Part shown: piece by piece, positions 49,401 to 62,900 of the stretch | Numbering within the stretch: position 1 is the first letter of the stretch | How the letters are laid out: the number at the start of each line of letters is the position of its first letter | From: Octopus sinensis | Taxonomy: Eukaryota | Assembly: GCF_006345805.1 (NCBI RefSeq) | Contig: NC_043008.1 | Coordinates: 35,898,001 to 35,962,000, forward strand | Direction of reading: 5' to 3' | DNA length: 64,000 nucleotides | Program-made: the position numbers and the translations under genes | Notes under the pieces: model-generated | Told to the model about the DNA's origin: nothing | Databases searched by the model: none | Seen by the model: the letters and a program-made list of their open reading frames with translations, nothing else

Positions 49401-52400
49401 GATTGTTATGACATTATCAGATTTTACTTTTGAATTCTCTTTGGAAAATTGCAGCAAAAGTATTGCTGAATTAGATTTACAAATTTGAATACAATTAGTA
49501 TATTTTGTACGCATTGGTAATTGTCATGATTCTTCATGGCATTTAATTGAAAAAAGCCTTTTCTTTTTTGTAATTGTGGTACAAGTTGCAATCATTAGAT
49601 GGACTAAAAAGTTGTTTTTGCTTTGTTTAACAAGCAATAGCCGTACTCATTCCATCATACATTTTATACACACATATGTCTCTGAAGCTAGTGCTTAGCT
49701 CTTTCTGCAACATGAAAATGATCAGAGAGAAAATTTCCTTTAAATAAGATGCCATGTTATTCTTGTTCCAGAAATTTTTTTTATTTCTGTGCTCCAGCTG
49801 GGTAAACTGAGAGAAAGAAAATACTGGAGCAGAATATCTTTATGTATCCCAAAAATTAGCAAAAGAATTTATTCCTTCAGTTTGCCATTTTTTTCTTTCC
49901 ACAACAACAGTAGCCTCTCAGACAAGCCACAAAATTTAATCTCTCCCCAGCTTCAAGAAAAGCTGTTAATATTAGCTGATCAGTTACTTTCAATTAGCAT
50001 CAACCCTATAACTTGTGTTAGAAATATGGAAAATGAAATAAATAAATCTATATACCTTAGGTAATAATTTGGAATTTATAACCTTTTTATCATCACTGAA
50101 AAAGTTTAAAAAAAAGAAAAGAAAAAGAAGCAATTACAATGTGGAAGACACAGATTAGCCATTAAAAAACACACAAAAACTTAACTACATTGAAATACTT
50201 ATAATTTGGAGTCAAAATTTTTATTGTTCTGACGGTAACTAACTATGACGTAGTTCCACAGCAACTTCAGATCATTTGCCAGACAGATACATATCTCCGA
50301 AATAAAAATATATTTTAATGAGAACATAAAGAATATTTTACATCTGATGAATTTTATTTTTTGGTTCCTTTTATATTTCTTAATTTAAATCATGAAATGC
50401 ACATAAAAAGGCAGCTGGTTGTTGACATTTGAAGGGAAAAAATAATACAAATACTAATTAATTATAAATGAAAACAACGAGGTGAACTTACAACCAAATT
50501 GTATTGGTGTCCAAATCCACACAAACTACATCAGGTGGGGGAGAATACAGATCAAAATACCTGGAATCAATACCTAGTTGATATGAAAATAAAATAAATA
50601 ACAATCAAATCAAAATACACACCATTTTACAGACATACATATGTACACAAATAAATTAAGTGAGAATCTCTTATAACCTTTTGAGTTATTTAATCACTCA
50701 GCATTAAGAAAAAGAGAGTCCCATGAATTATGCTTTTATTTATTTCAGTCAGCCTGTGGCCATGCTGGGGCATCACCTCAAAGAAGTTTTAGCTAAATGA
50801 ATTGACCCCTGTATTTTTAAGTCTGGTACTTATTCTATTGGTCTCTTTTGCCGAACTGCTAAGTTACAGGGGTGTAAACACACGAACACTGGTGGTCAAG
50901 TGGTGGTGATGGACAGACACACACATACATATAAAGGGCTTCTTTCAGTTTCCTTCTACCAAATCCAGATTGGCTGAGGTTATAATAGAACACACTTGCT
51001 GAAGGTACCACACAGTGGGACTGAACTTGAAACCATGTGGTTGGGAAGCAAACTTCTTACCACAGCCATGCCTGGGAAATAAATTAGCACAGCTGTTCTT
51101 CCTTTGAGCTATTCATTAGAGCCAGAATCACAAAATAAGTGAAATAACCTCAAATGAAAATCAAGCACACATGATCAAAAATAAGCTGAATAGATGATAT
51201 CGGTTTTATTGGTTCTTATACAATGTAACATTCTGAAGAAATATGTTAAGTTCTTTAGAAAACCAATAATTTGTTTGTAATTTCAATGTTTATATAGAAT
51301 TTAGCATACTGATATCTATTTAGTGGACTTTGATCAACTTGGGGTTATAGTAGAAGACACTTGCTCTAGGTACCATGCACTGAGATAGAACTCAAGACCA
51401 CATGACTAGGAAGCAAACTTCTTAACCACATAGCCATGTCTATATCATACACACACACACACACACACTCTCAGTAGCTGAGAAATTAGGTATTCATGAA
51501 GAATATGTAATTTTTCTGGCATTCCCATTACCTTTTAGCAATAAACCAAAATGTAACTTTTATGACAAAATGTTCTATAATATCTAGAAATGAATTCTGA
51601 GGAGAAAGATTAAAAAAAAACCAACAAAAAAGCTTGATCTAAATTGCAAAAAAAAAATAAATAAGAAGAACCCAGACTTACCAACAATAAATGGACAAGG
51701 GGCACTTAATACTCCGGACAATCCAAGAGGACACAAAGGTATATAAGGACATTGCCAGTGAAGAGGAAATATCATCTATAATAGAGATTAAACAAAATAA
51801 TAATATTAATAAAAGATTGTGGATGATGCAGTATGATATGATGTGGAGTTCTAGAGAGGTGTGCAGAGAATGAGATAACAAAGACACAAACACTCAAGAA
51901 AATTTTCCCCAAAATGGGGAGACCTCCAAGGATGAAAGGCAAAGTGACGCCAGTAGGATTAATAATGGTTTCTAATTTTGGGACAAGGCCATCGACTTTT
52001 AATGGCCTGGGGGCTATCAATTACATCAACCTCAGTGTCGGTGCTGGTGCCATGTAAAAAGCATCAAGTACACACTGTAAAGTAGTTGGCATCAAGAAGG
52101 GCATCCAGCTGCAGAAACCAAGCCCAAACAGGCTACGGAACCTGGTGCAGCCTGTGGTCTTGCCAGTTCCTGTCAAGCTGTCCAACCCATGCCAGTATGG
52201 AAAATGAACATTAGACGATGATGATACTTGGCTAACATCCCAATACAATATTTTGCCTACATAGTCATATCTACATTTATTATTATACAAGCTGCATTGT
52301 GGCAAAAATGGTATGGCCCCAGATTAAATACCTTGGAGGATTTGTTTCTAAATATTCTGCATTTACATACCTATTTCTTTATGACCCACAAGGGGCTAAA

Positions 52401-53939
52401 CACAGAGGGGACAAACAAGGACAGACATAGGTATTAAGTCGATTACATCGACCCCAGTGCGTAACTGGTACTTAATTTATCGACCCCAAAAGGAGGAAAG
52501 GCAAAGTCGACCTTGGCGGAATTCGAACTCACAACGTAATGCAGACGAAATACCGCTAAGCATTTCGCCCGGCATGCTAATGTTTCTGCCAGCTTGCTGC
52601 CTTTACATACCACTGAGGTTTACTTCACTTTGCATCTTTCCAAAAACTTATTAGGTACTTGTCAAGGGTGGTGGTGGCGGTGAAGTGTGATTAAATGAGG
52701 GTTGATTAACTCAACAATACTCATCACTTCAACCAAATATTTAAAACAAAGCAGCAAGTTACACTGGACATGGTGTGATAAAAAAAATATTAACAACTAT
52801 TTCTTTCTTTGTTTTTGCTTTTAGTTACATACCGTAGTCACTGCTTCCGCCACTCCTGTCAAAACTGCTGGACGTAGAGAGTGGATGAGGATCTTTTGCT
52901 CAAGGAGAACATGCAATAGAATGGTCATACAATTCTCAGGACCGAGGTCTTTTAGCAGTGTAATAAACGAGGCTCCACTAATAAAGACAAGAAAATTAAA
53001 CCAAATTATGAGTGCAACAAAGTATGAAAAGTCAAACACAGTAATTTATATTTTCATTTTTTTTTCACAATTTAAAAATTGATATTTAAAAACAGTTATC
53101 AAAGTAAATGAGTTTCAGTAATTAAATAAAGCAAAAAGTTTAATTACCACAATCTGTTATTGAAGTAATTGTAACAAATGGTAAGTTACTTTACAAAAAA
53201 TTTTTTTTTTTACTGAAATTAAAAGGGGAAGGGCTGTGACCTTGATCTACTGTCAGGCGTCTGAAACTGGAAGGCAGAAGGAAGGAAATTGTCTTTAGAA
53301 TTGATTCAGATGCTTGCAACAGAGTGAAGGGTGATTAGCAAGTCTACTCCATCCCCACCAAATGCAATATACTTTAATAAATGTACTTAATATTCACAAA
53401 ATAAAACCCTTTGTTTATATCGACATAGTTTTTCTAAGTAGTCGGAGTTAGGAAGGACGTCTAGCTGTAGAAAGTATGCTAAACATGAAATGTGAGCAAG
53501 ATGCTGTCCTCTGACCCAGCAAGAAAAGTAGAAACTCTGAATAAAGACCAACACAGACTGTGATGACGGATGTATAATGATGGTGATGATGATCTAAATA
53601 TGTAAATATTTGCAAGTTTAATTAAACTTTGAATTCAATAAGATTAATTAGGAAAGCTTAAAATCTCTATGTTCAACAAACTCACATGTTGACACATATT
53701 TATATGGCAGGAGAGTTGCTAATTTCTTACATTTGCTATTCTCAAGTGTATTGGTGATTAATGAATAAAGGAATTGAGAATATGTCAGTAAATTTAATTT
53801 ATTAAGAAGTTACCTTCATTCAAGTATAGTTTTAATTCCCTTCACTCACATTCATTAACACCCTTGAGAAAAAACAAATATTACAAATTGTCAACATTCC
53901 TGCCATACAAATCCAAGGAAGCATGCTTACGTAACAAAT

Positions 53940-53972
<33 letters not shown>

Positions 53973-56900
53973 ATGCCTAATGGACGAATGGTTAAGAAGT
54001 TCACTTCACAAGCACAAGGTCCCAGGTTCAATGCTACTGCACAGCATTTTAAACAAATGTTTTTTACAACAATGTCAAGAAAAAACATCTCATGATTGTG
54101 AGGAATATGGTAAACATACCTTTGAGGTAAAGGTGAGTCTTCTGGCATTGATAGAGAGAGGGCTTCATGGTTTAACTGAAACAACAAAAGCATTTAATAT
54201 TATAACAAATTAGAGTATTTAATATTATATCAAATTGTATTTAATATTATAACAAATTAGAAATAGGATTTAATATTATAGCAAATTGATATGATGATGA
54301 GAATCATCAGGATTAGTTTAACCCTTTCGTTACCAACCCAGCTGAAACCGGTTCTGGTTCTGAGTACAAATGTCTTGTTTTCATAAGTTTTGAATTAAAA
54401 TCTTCCACCAAACTTTAGTCACAATTTATGTTCCTAACACTAGCTTAATGATAATTAAGTTATTTTACTAAATTCTCTGTTGTATTTAAAGTAATTGAAC
54501 GAAACACAGAACATCTCAAAATAAATACAGTAACGAAAGGGTTAAGAGGTTGTTCAGGAGTATTTTACTTCATTAGACCAATCAACAAACCAATCAGAAA
54601 TTACAGTGTTGCATGTTTAAATGATGCTCTCATACGAAAACCTGGTATCTTGTCCCTCATGAGTTCAAATCTCCTCCACAATAAATAGCATTTCATCTAA
54701 GAACTATACTGCCAATGTAAACAATGTCAAGTATCAGTAAGAAATGATTTAAATGAGTAACTAGGTATACTAGCATAAAGACTGGGTGGTCATAGCCGAA
54801 AAACTTTTTATTAGAGGACTGCTTGAAAAAGGTTGACTTGGGGCTAGAAAACAACAGCAACTTAGGTACAAGAATATATAGTCTTGCTCTAAAATAATAT
54901 TATGGTAACCGATAGATAATAGATAGGTTTGGCAACCAAATGAGTGAGATTTCAACCTAGTTAGGTCACATTTAACTGTGATACAGCTAAGACACTTCCT
55001 CGTTTGTGCTTGTGCTATGTAAAAAAACACAAAGTCCACTCTGATGAGTGTTTGGTGTTAGGAAGGGCATCCAGCTGTAAAAATCCTGCCAAAACAGTGA
55101 CAGAAGACTGGTGCAGGCTTCTGCCTAACCAGCTCTTGTGAAATCGTCCCAGCCATACTAGCATGGAAGGCAGATGTTAAATAATGATGATGACACACTC
55201 ACACATCTTTTACATATGTAAGGTCAATATGTGTTGTCTTTTTTTTGAGGCATTATAATCTCAGATTTATTTTAGATAGCACAATGTTTTACAGAATTAT
55301 GGTGAATGTTCTATATGTTCAACAATTTTCCTCATACCCTAATTGCTAGTCCACATTATCAGTGAATATAGTCTGACATATGGTCAGTATCTGGAAAAGC
55401 ATGCCTGATTCTAACAGCATCAAAATTAAATGACTGAAATAAACAAACCTTTGGTTGTTAGACCTTGATGCTGTCTTTAGGAATTATAACCCAAATTATT
55501 TTAAATAAGATGAAAATATTTTTTACACACAATTCACATAATGGCAGTGCACTATGTAATTTTTCATTCAAGTGAGTAGCTTTTCCTATCAAGTTCCAAT
55601 CAAACTAGACCACACTATTTTGAAGAAGAGTGTAATACATAGTACAAGAGAGTTCTGAATCCACTGTTTGATAGGATAGTCATGATTGGAACACTCTGAT
55701 CTTAGCTCTGATTAAATAGATTTTTGATTGTTTAATTCAAGGGAACAACTCTTCAAAACTTGGCCTTGCATTTAACCCTTTTAGCATTTGATGATGTAAT
55801 TGTTTATTTTTAGAATGACTTTGTAGGGTAGGTGTGAGAGGCCATATCAGGTCAGTTTGAACATAAAACAGGTAATATAATTTAATCCATATATGACAGA
55901 CAACAAAAATAATCAAGAGAAGTGTGTAGAAAGAAGGAGCTATAATTAAAGAAAAAGATCTACTAAAATATAAACAGAAACAAAAGAACCAGTCAGAGAA
56001 GAATTACCTGTACAAGAATTCTTGGCCTTTGTGGAGATGGATAAGGAACATCAAACATGAAATGAGAAATATGCCTGAAATAATAAAACAAAAGCATTAT
56101 TATTATCACCAATATTATTTGAAGTATTCTAGAAATATGAATAGATTATACCAAATTGAAAACTTACAATTTCAAAATTTACATGGGAAGATTTTTTTGA
56201 GAGAAAGAGAAAGGAACATTATTTTGTCTTAATCTTATAATCTCTTCTATGATACTGTTGTCAATTAAGCAGAGGAAAGAGTGGATTCAAGAAACCACTT
56301 TTTTAGTTGTTGAGTCCTAAATAAACTCTAATCTCACAGACTTATGATGAAAGGCATTCTATTCTACATATAAGTAGGACATTATCAATTGTGTCCTGGC
56401 TTTTCTCTAAGGTGGTAGATGGTAATTTGATGCAAGTTGAGCCACCACACAGAGGATCCATCTTAACCTTGTCCTCCTCTGCAGTGGTAATACTATTAAG
56501 CATTGAACTCTGGTTTGAATCTTCCATTTGATGAGATTTATCTGATATGAGAGAAAGTGTATTCGGCAATGAAACAAGTAAGAAATCATTAGGAAGTAAC
56601 TTGAAATGCCTAAAATTTATTCCGACTTCTGGATTGGTTTAAAATCTGTCAGTATTGTATATAATAATCGTTTCTACTATAGGAACAAGGCCAAAAATAT
56701 TGGGGGAGGGAGGCCTCATTGGTTACACTGATCTCAGTGCTCAACTAGTACTTTACATTATGTTGACCCTGAAAGGATGAAAGGCACAGCTGACCTTGGT
56801 GGTATTTGAACTCAGAATGTAACGACGGATGAAATGTTGCTAAGTATTTTTGTCTGATGTGCTAAGAATACCTTACTTGAAAAGCATAAAAGCACACTCA

Positions 56901-59900
56901 GCCATATTGAAGGCATGGAACACTGCCTTACAAATCCTTGTCCAACTGATGCCAGCATAGAAAAACAAGATGTAGAAGATTAATGACAACGATGACAAAT
57001 GTAGGAGGAACATTTTATGTGCTGTCAGGATTTTCCACTTTTCCATTGATATTTGTTTCCCTATGTTTATTTGGCTAGGTGGGAGACTTTCATGTCACAA
57101 CAGATTCTTTGATAGTTGAATACTTAGCCTAACATCAACCATTCAACTGAAATTCAGGCGAGGTACCAATTTTTATATTTTATTAAGGAAACTAGAATAA
57201 CAAAGTTATGTCCCTTGTCCACAAGAGCACGACATTAGGGCTCTTAATATTTGAAAACATGCAGGCAGTGAGCTGGTAGAATCGTTGGCACGGTGGGCAA
57301 AATGCTTAACAGCATTTCATCTATTTTTATGTTCTGAGTTCAAATTCTTCCAAGGTCGATTTTGCTTTTCATCCTTTCAGGGTTAATGGAATAAGTACCA
57401 GTTGAGCACTGGAGTCACTATAATGGACTTTACCCCTCTCTAACATTGCAGATCTTGTACCAAAATTTGAAATCAATATTTGAACACATGTAAGGCAGGT
57501 ACATTGGGAGAATTGTTACCATACCAGACAAAATGCCTAATGGCATTTCTTCTGCCTTGATATTCTGAATTCAAATGCTGCTGAGGTCAACTCTTTTTTT
57601 TATTCTTTTGCAACGGGGTTGATATATAAAATGCCAGCTGAGTACTGGGGCCGATGTAATCAAGTTCCCCTCCTCTGAAATTGCTATTTGAAACCAGTTT
57701 TTGAACAAATAAAGGTGGCAAGGTGGTAGAATCATTAGCACACCAGGCAAATATGTTTAGCAGAATTTCTTCAGGCTGTTTATGTTCCAAGTTCAAATGA
57801 CTTTCATTCTTTCAGTGTAGATAAAATAAAGTACCAGTCAAGTACTGGGGATCAATGTAAAGTACTAGCACCCTCCCCAATACTTCAGGCCTTGTGCCTA
57901 CAGTAGAAAGAAAAACTGAAATTTGAATACGACAGCATGGCCTGTAACCCAGTATCATAATCTCAGTTACAGTACATAAATGCTTCCATAGAGAATGGTG
58001 ACAGCCCCACTTGAATTTGGATTCATCCTTCAATATTCAGATTTCTGTATCAAGAGGAATATTAATTCACATTGTTTTGCATTAATTATGCATTATCTCA
58101 TAGCTTTAAGGCAGCGAGCTGGCAGACACGTTAGCACGTTGGGCAAAATGCTTAGCAGTATTTTGTCTGTCTTTATGTTCTGAGTTCAAATTCCGTCGAG
58201 GTCGACTTTGCCTTTCATCCTTTCGGGGTTGATAAATTAAGTACCAGTTGCATACTGGGGTCAATCGACTGGCACCCTCCCCCAAAATTTCGGGCCTTGT
58301 GACAAGAGTATAAAAGATTATCTCAGCTTTGAGATTTTGACAATATAATGGTTTATTTTTGGAATAATGTTAAAGGGTAGGTGTGACATGCCAGATCTAG
58401 CTAGTATAAATCTCAAGCTGGATATGGTCAGTTTAAATGTTTGAGGGTTAATCACATGAAGATGGTTTAAAACTTACAAAGATGATGATTAAAAAAACAG
58501 ATTTCAGTAAAAGGAGACTCTTCATTCCACTCACCTCTCGATTGGAACATTATAAGGGCCTGTTATTGATATCCTGTATAGATAGGATAGGAATTTCTTG
58601 AAAGCATCAAAGAAAGGCCAACGTGAAAGAAGACAAATACATTTGTTTGAATGCACCGTCTTCGGAATGCGATACTGTTCGCGGATATGTTTGTTTTTCA
58701 GACCCAAATGCCGTAGCTGAAAATCTGTTAACTTTTCTTCAGGGAATTCTTCATAAAATGACACTGCTGCTCCATATGCCTAAAATAGAACAAAAGCAAA
58801 TATAAAAAAAACATAAAGCTTAAAATATTTACGCGTTTAAAGATATATTAAAATTAACATTAATTGGGAGATAGTTTAAAGGAGAAAAGTTTCAAAGAAC
58901 ATTTAACTACATTATTTCAAGTAAATTCATTGGTATATTTCAATAAAAGAGGTTTTAAAATTATTTAATCCTAATTATGTTTATCTTATGCCATCTGAAT
59001 ATCAAACATATAACTCTTAGAACCATTTTCCATGAAACATTAACAGTACTGTAATTTTCTCATACACAAACATCAAAATTTATAGTGAAATATTTTGCAT
59101 ATAAATTGAGATATATGTGTGTGTGTCTGAAGCATAGTGATGTGATTAAGAAATTCACTTCCCAACCATGTGATTTCAGGTTCAGTCTCATTGCACCTTG
59201 GGCAAATGTCTTTTATATAGCCCTTGGCCAACCAAAGCCTTGTAAGTGAATTTGGTGGATGGACACTGCAAGAAACCTGTATATCTGTTTGCATTTGTAC
59301 TCTATGAAAGTTTCAGCAACAAGCAGTGTTGATTTTATTTCTCCTATCAACAAATTGTCCACTTGCTCCGTGTCTTCAAAGATGTGTGAAGAGATGCCAA
59401 CTTGCAAATCCTGGTAAGGGTTAACAGGAAGGGCCTGTAGCTGTAATATACAGCCTCAATGACATACTCCTCTAACACATGCCAGCATGGAAAAACAGTC
59501 GTAAAACAAATGACTGAATACACACACACACATGTATGCATACAAAGCTGACCCACACGTAAGTTTTGTAAGTATTCAATTTTCTTTTTATCCCATTATT
59601 TTTCATCACTTCTCATTTATAATAATTGTTTGCACTTCCCATTTGTGATGTCAGTTTTAAGTCAAGTGATAGAAACAATCGTGAGAGTTGTGCCTTAATG
59701 TATTCGGTAAGATTCTCCAGAATAGAAGTCTTGATAGAAGTATCATGTCTACAAACAAAATGAATGTAAGTTAGAAAAGGTATCAATAAAGAAGAGTTCA
59801 ATGAGGGTAATACCAACTTTTTCTCCACCACATGTTGTCAGAATGAATGTTGAAAATACTGGAAGAGGATGCTGAGCCTTAGCAGGCCAACATTCAATCG

Positions 59901-62900
59901 TTGCTCCCATTGGCAAACAGAAGAGGGGTACTGATTCAGGAAGTGGATAATTGTCATAATCTGCTTCAGGAAATCGGCCTAGAATAGCTGAAAATAGAGA
60001 GGAAGTTATACAATTTATGACCATGTAACAATTTCAAGTAACATATAATTAACCCTTTCGTTACCAAGCTGGCTGAAACCGGCTCTGGCTCTGTAGTACA
60101 AATGTCTTGTTCTCATAAGTTTTGAATTAAAATCTTCCACCAAACCTTAGTCACAATTTATGTTCCTAACACTAGCTGAATGATAACTAAGTTATTTTAC
60201 TAAATTCTTTGTCATATTTAAAGTAATTGAAAGAAACACAGAGCATCTCAAAATAAATACAGTAACGAAAGGGTTAAAAAGAAAAGATAAGTAAAAATAC
60301 AAAACAAAACAAAATGTTTCATTGTGAAATAGTCTTTAATCCAACACCACAGAAATATTCCACTTTAATATTGAATGGTTGTATACTGTCAATCTAACAC
60401 GAACGTGGTTAGATTGATAGTATAAAACCGTTCTATCGCCCCACCACCGTACATGTCTCTACGAGAGATTTAGAAATTTAGTATTTCTGACTTTAATATT
60501 GATATTACATAAAAGCAATGACTCTTTGAATATAACTGAGAAAAGAAGTCTCCACTGATGATAACAATAACAAAAATATACAGTGTGCAGCTTACGGTGT
60601 TACAGCATTAAGAGCATGTTTATCTCAGATTTCTGAGATAGATAAAGCATGAAATACTAGTATTGAATACAAAATATATTGTCATTTTCTAATGACTAAC
60701 ATTTGGTCAAGAGAACTTGTAAGAAAGTACCCAACTTTTTATCTGGCATGGCAAATCAGCAGGTGAAGCCAGTTACTGCTCATCTACTTTTGGCTTCCAG
60801 CTCAACTCTTCCCACTGCCTCACCCAACTTGCAAGCAGCTGTCTTCCTTTTAGTTCCTAGAGCTGTAAGCATCTTCCAGACAGCTGCTAACCTCATCGGT
60901 TAAGAGCCAGGCCTACCATATTTTATTCCATATTGCTGTGCAATGACATGTTACTCAGTGGCTTTCCATCTGTCTTCTCAAGGCACCATCAATTACTTTA
61001 ACCAAAACGATCTTCTTTGCCTCCTCAGACTACATGAACTAATCCACTCCACTGGTAGTTATATTTCGGAATAATAAATATAAACCAGTAAGTAGGGTTT
61101 GAGGAAACTAATGGTGTTCCAAGTAAAAAACAAAAAACAGTTGGTAAAGATTGCAACAAACACATATAAGGTCAGAAACCACTGACATTATGAGGGTAGT
61201 GACTTTCTTTTAGCAAAGCTTTTGAGTGAAAGGACATTCGTTTTTGCTTTTTATGTTTACCGCAACACATTGCATTTATGAATAAACTGAGCAAGAACTA
61301 TTTTCTCTTTCAGAATGAGATTTGGGTTTCTTAATTCACTTGTGCTGTATTCCTAGCAAACAAACTGTTTATTCCATTTAATCTTTCTTAACTGCAGTCA
61401 GGACTTCTACAGTAAAACCAGATTTTTTTTTTATATTTCTGGATATCACAGAAGATATTTGCAAGGGAGGTGGAAATTGTCTCAACTAATCTTCTCTAAA
61501 TGATAACACAATCTGCTTCAAACGTCTTCTGAAGCTGTTTCACTATAAAACCAAAGTTTAATGGTCTGATAAAAACTTATCTTTACTTTTGCAAATTCCT
61601 AACTAACAACATAAAAAGCCATAGCTTCAATGGACAGCACTTAGTGAGATAGAGAGCTGATAACCAAGTGATTAAGCTGTGGACAGACAAGTTGCAGATT
61701 GAAGATCTTTAAATTCATCAGTCCCACTTTATGCATTTTAAAATACAGCAGTTAATTGACAGATTAAACATTAAAAACATTACAGCATTATTCATTCAAC
61801 TGCATACCAGCCAGGACTATATTATTATTGTTGTTGTTGTTGGTGGTGGTGACTTCTAACATTGGTAAAAGGCAAAAACATATGCAGGAGAGGCATATAG
61901 TCAAATGAATTCAATCCATTGTTGAAATAATAATAATAATAATAATAATAATTGTGTACAGTGCTCAGGTGCACTACAACTCATCTAAAGTGTATATATA
62001 ATCAGGTGTAGTTTCGGCGGATTTCGGAAAGCATGAGGGCCTTAAAAGATGCAGTGTCATGGCAGTCAACAACTGACGCAGGCAGTTTATTCCATGCTTC
62101 AGCAACTCTGAGCGTGAAAAAATGTTTCCATGTTTTCATAAACCCTAGAGGAATGAAAGGCAGCTGAACTTTGTATATATACAGAGAAAACTAAAATAGT
62201 GTGAGGCATGCCGCTTTACTGCAATAATAATAATAATAATACCAGGCAGTGGCTTTCGATCTTAACTGATTGGAAGTGTTATCATTTACATTGTGTATCT
62301 TGGTATAAAAAATGGGCTACAGCAAATATTCTGCTCAATACCACAGTTTTGCTTGTCAGTTTGACCCTAACCAGTTGAGCATGTCCCTTAGTGGCTGAAG
62401 ATATGTGCATCTCTGATCATGAGCAGAAGTAGTGGGGGAGCATCATAGCCACTGTGTTGAGAGGGATTCTTTGGGGTTTGAATAATTCACCTTTGAAAAC
62501 ATGGGTGTTTTGTTCAACATCCTTAAACAACCCTTATTCAGGGAACTTTTGAGCAGGATGGGTTACTTGACCAGAAGAAAATTCTAACTGGCCCCCACTT
62601 GCAAGGTCATGTGCTGTTTATCTTGATATGAGATCACCATGTCACACACATATGGTTGTGATGCATGTGCCTAGTGTACCCTTATCAGACGGGTAGTCAT
62701 GATGGGTATACTGGGTTTCGTATATTTTACCCCAGTGTCACTTTGATGGCATGCACTGCTCTCTCACTCAATAATAATAATAATAATCAGAAGATGATGA
62801 CAACAGCAATCATTACTAGTAAGACAAAATGTTTAGTGGCATTTTTCTTTTATGTTCTGAGTTCAAATGTTGCTGAGGTTGGTTTGGCTTTCATCCTTTT

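Noticed and set aside
56342-56600. Minus-strand ORFs with a ttttag|gcat acceptor mimicking exon 4
   Set aside because: There is no DENND4 homology. The true HISHFM exon is at 56008-56074.
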